The position numbers were made by a program, and so were the translations under genes. 47,629 bases of DNA from an uncultured Rhodobacterales bacterium (lineage in GTDB: Bacteria > Pseudomonadota > Alphaproteobacteria > Rhodobacterales > Rhodobacteraceae): contig CAYGQZ010000004.1 in the NCBI GenBank assembly GCA_964352055.1, forward strand, positions 1 through 47,629. Direction: 5' to 3'. The notes under the pieces were generated by a model. The model ran no database searches and was not told the origin of the DNA. It saw nothing but the letters and a program-made list of their open reading frames with translations. Below, piece by piece: positions 46,831 through 47,629 of this stretch; within the stretch, counting starts at the first letter, position 1, and the number at the start of each line of letters is the position of its first letter.

Positions 46831-46875
46831 CTCAAGCAACCGCAAGTATCGTTGGTTGCGAACTCCCGCAACCAA
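46831..46875 (+). repeat. Right att-like site, direct repeat of 6-50
   Basis: TTGGTTGCG-aactcc-CGCAACCAA palindrome; minus strand 46875-46804 reads LVAGVRNQRYLRLLEEQVPRVAA*. Confidence 0.65.
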
Positions 46876-46899
46876 ATTACTACGCTAAATCAAACGCTT

Positions 46900-46928
46900 A
46901 AAGCCCGACCTAATCAGTCGGGCTTTTG
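46900..46928 (+). terminator. Intrinsic terminator after the right att-like site
   Basis: AAAGCCCGAC(46900-46909)/GTCGGGCTTT(46917-46926) stem. Confidence 0.8.
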
Positions 46929-47313
46929 CTTGTGCGGTTTACATCAACGCCACATCAACACCGGACCAGAAAAACCGCAGCCACGCGCATAAGCAGGCAA
47001 CGGCAGGGAACCGCCGACAGCTGCGCTGGTCACGCACGGCAGGTTTAGAATTTTCAGACCTTCGCTGCGCCGCGCATGAACTGGCACAATGCGGGACAAG
47101 GCGTGAATTTCCCTGCGCATGCGTGCACGGCTGCTTGAGCGCGATTTGCGGCCTTTCAGGATGGTTTGCTAACCTCCATTGGTAACGGTCTTGATCCGGT
47201 AGGAGAGTCTATTCATCATTCCGACTTCGAGCCTTAATCCAAACCTCTGTCCCATAGCTGATCGCCACGCTATGTTATTTGGCGATCAAAGTAAGTGACT
47301 TTGCTGGTCAGAC

Positions 47314-47629
47314 CTACGAATGGCGCTCAAACACAATGATCTCTCCACCATGCGATACAAGTAGCGTTTCAAAAGCATCGCGTTGGTCGCCCATCTCCAT
47401 GCCGGGCGAGCCGATTGGCATTCCGGGAACGGTCAGGCCGAGTGCGTCTGGACGTTCGGCCAAAAGGCGTTGGATGTCAGCCGCCGGGACATGGCCCTCG
47501 ATGACGTATCCTTCAATAAACCCTGTGTGACAGGAGCTGAACTCGGGTGTTATCCCTGCATTGTCCTTGGCGGACCACAAGGCATCTTGGGTGACGTCTT
47601 GCGCATCAACGTCAATCCCGGCGGATTCA
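47314..47629 (-). CDS. DUF411 / CopG-like metal-binding protein, 5' end outside the window
   Basis: SCHT, GYVIEGHVPA, VPGMPIGSPGME; frame open to the window edge. Confidence 0.88.
   Translation of the reverse strand, partial: ESAGIDVDAQDVTQDALWSAKDNAGITPEFSSCHTGFIEGYVIEGHVPAADIQRLLAERPDALGLTVPGMPIGSPGMEMGDQRDAFETLLVSHGGEIIVFERHS

Larger units (their letters stand above)
51..46875. mobile_element. Putative genomic island (catabolic cargo, no integrase inside) between att-like direct repeats
   Basis: Boundary repeats at 6-50 and 46831-46875; only accessory transport and catabolic genes; no recombinase ORF recognised. Confidence 0.5.

Noticed and set aside
1-47629. CRISPR arrays, defence systems, rRNA, intact IS elements, reverse transcriptases
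   Set aside because: No regularly spaced repeats or diagnostic motifs seen in any frame.

Overview
This is a 47.6 kb accessory region from an alphaproteobacterium, probably Rhodobacterales (inferred from gene families and TRAP/ABC content). It reads as one cargo island with no integrase. Degenerate 45-bp att-like direct repeats bound it at 6-50 and 46831-46875; both end in CCCGCAACCA, which resembles the tRNA-fMet 3' end, and each is followed by a terminator. There are three catabolic modules. (1) 1.1-10.3 kb: two convergent TRAP transporter operons, three Asp/Glu-racemase-superfamily proteins with non-canonical active sites, and an RpiR regulator. (2) 11.3-26.4 kb: an inositol module (iolG, iolE, iolD, sugar ABC transporter) with no iolB/iolC/iolJ/iolA. 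It instead carries an AKR, a 2-hydroxyacid dehydrogenase, an HpcH aldolase, an ALDH and an SDR, which suggests a non-phosphorylative lower pathway. It has two regulators with near-identical HTHs (one an RpiR-HTH/LacI-sensor chimera) and five TGCAAY-N4-RTTGCA boxes, and is bracketed by ~300-bp direct repeats with a 91-bp identical core. (3) 27.3-46.2 kb: an amine/betaine-type module with a trimethylamine-dehydrogenase-like flavoprotein with an altered active site, EtfA, a membrane Fe-S oxidoreductase-EtfB fusion, an internally deleted GMC gene, a betaine/TMAO-type ABC transporter, GntR with three operator boxes, and Gfo/Idh/MocA, ALDH, thioesterase, BKACE, SDR, Rid and AraC genes. A DUF411 gene is cut by the right edge. 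All family calls come from motif recognition without database searches, and substrates are hypotheses.
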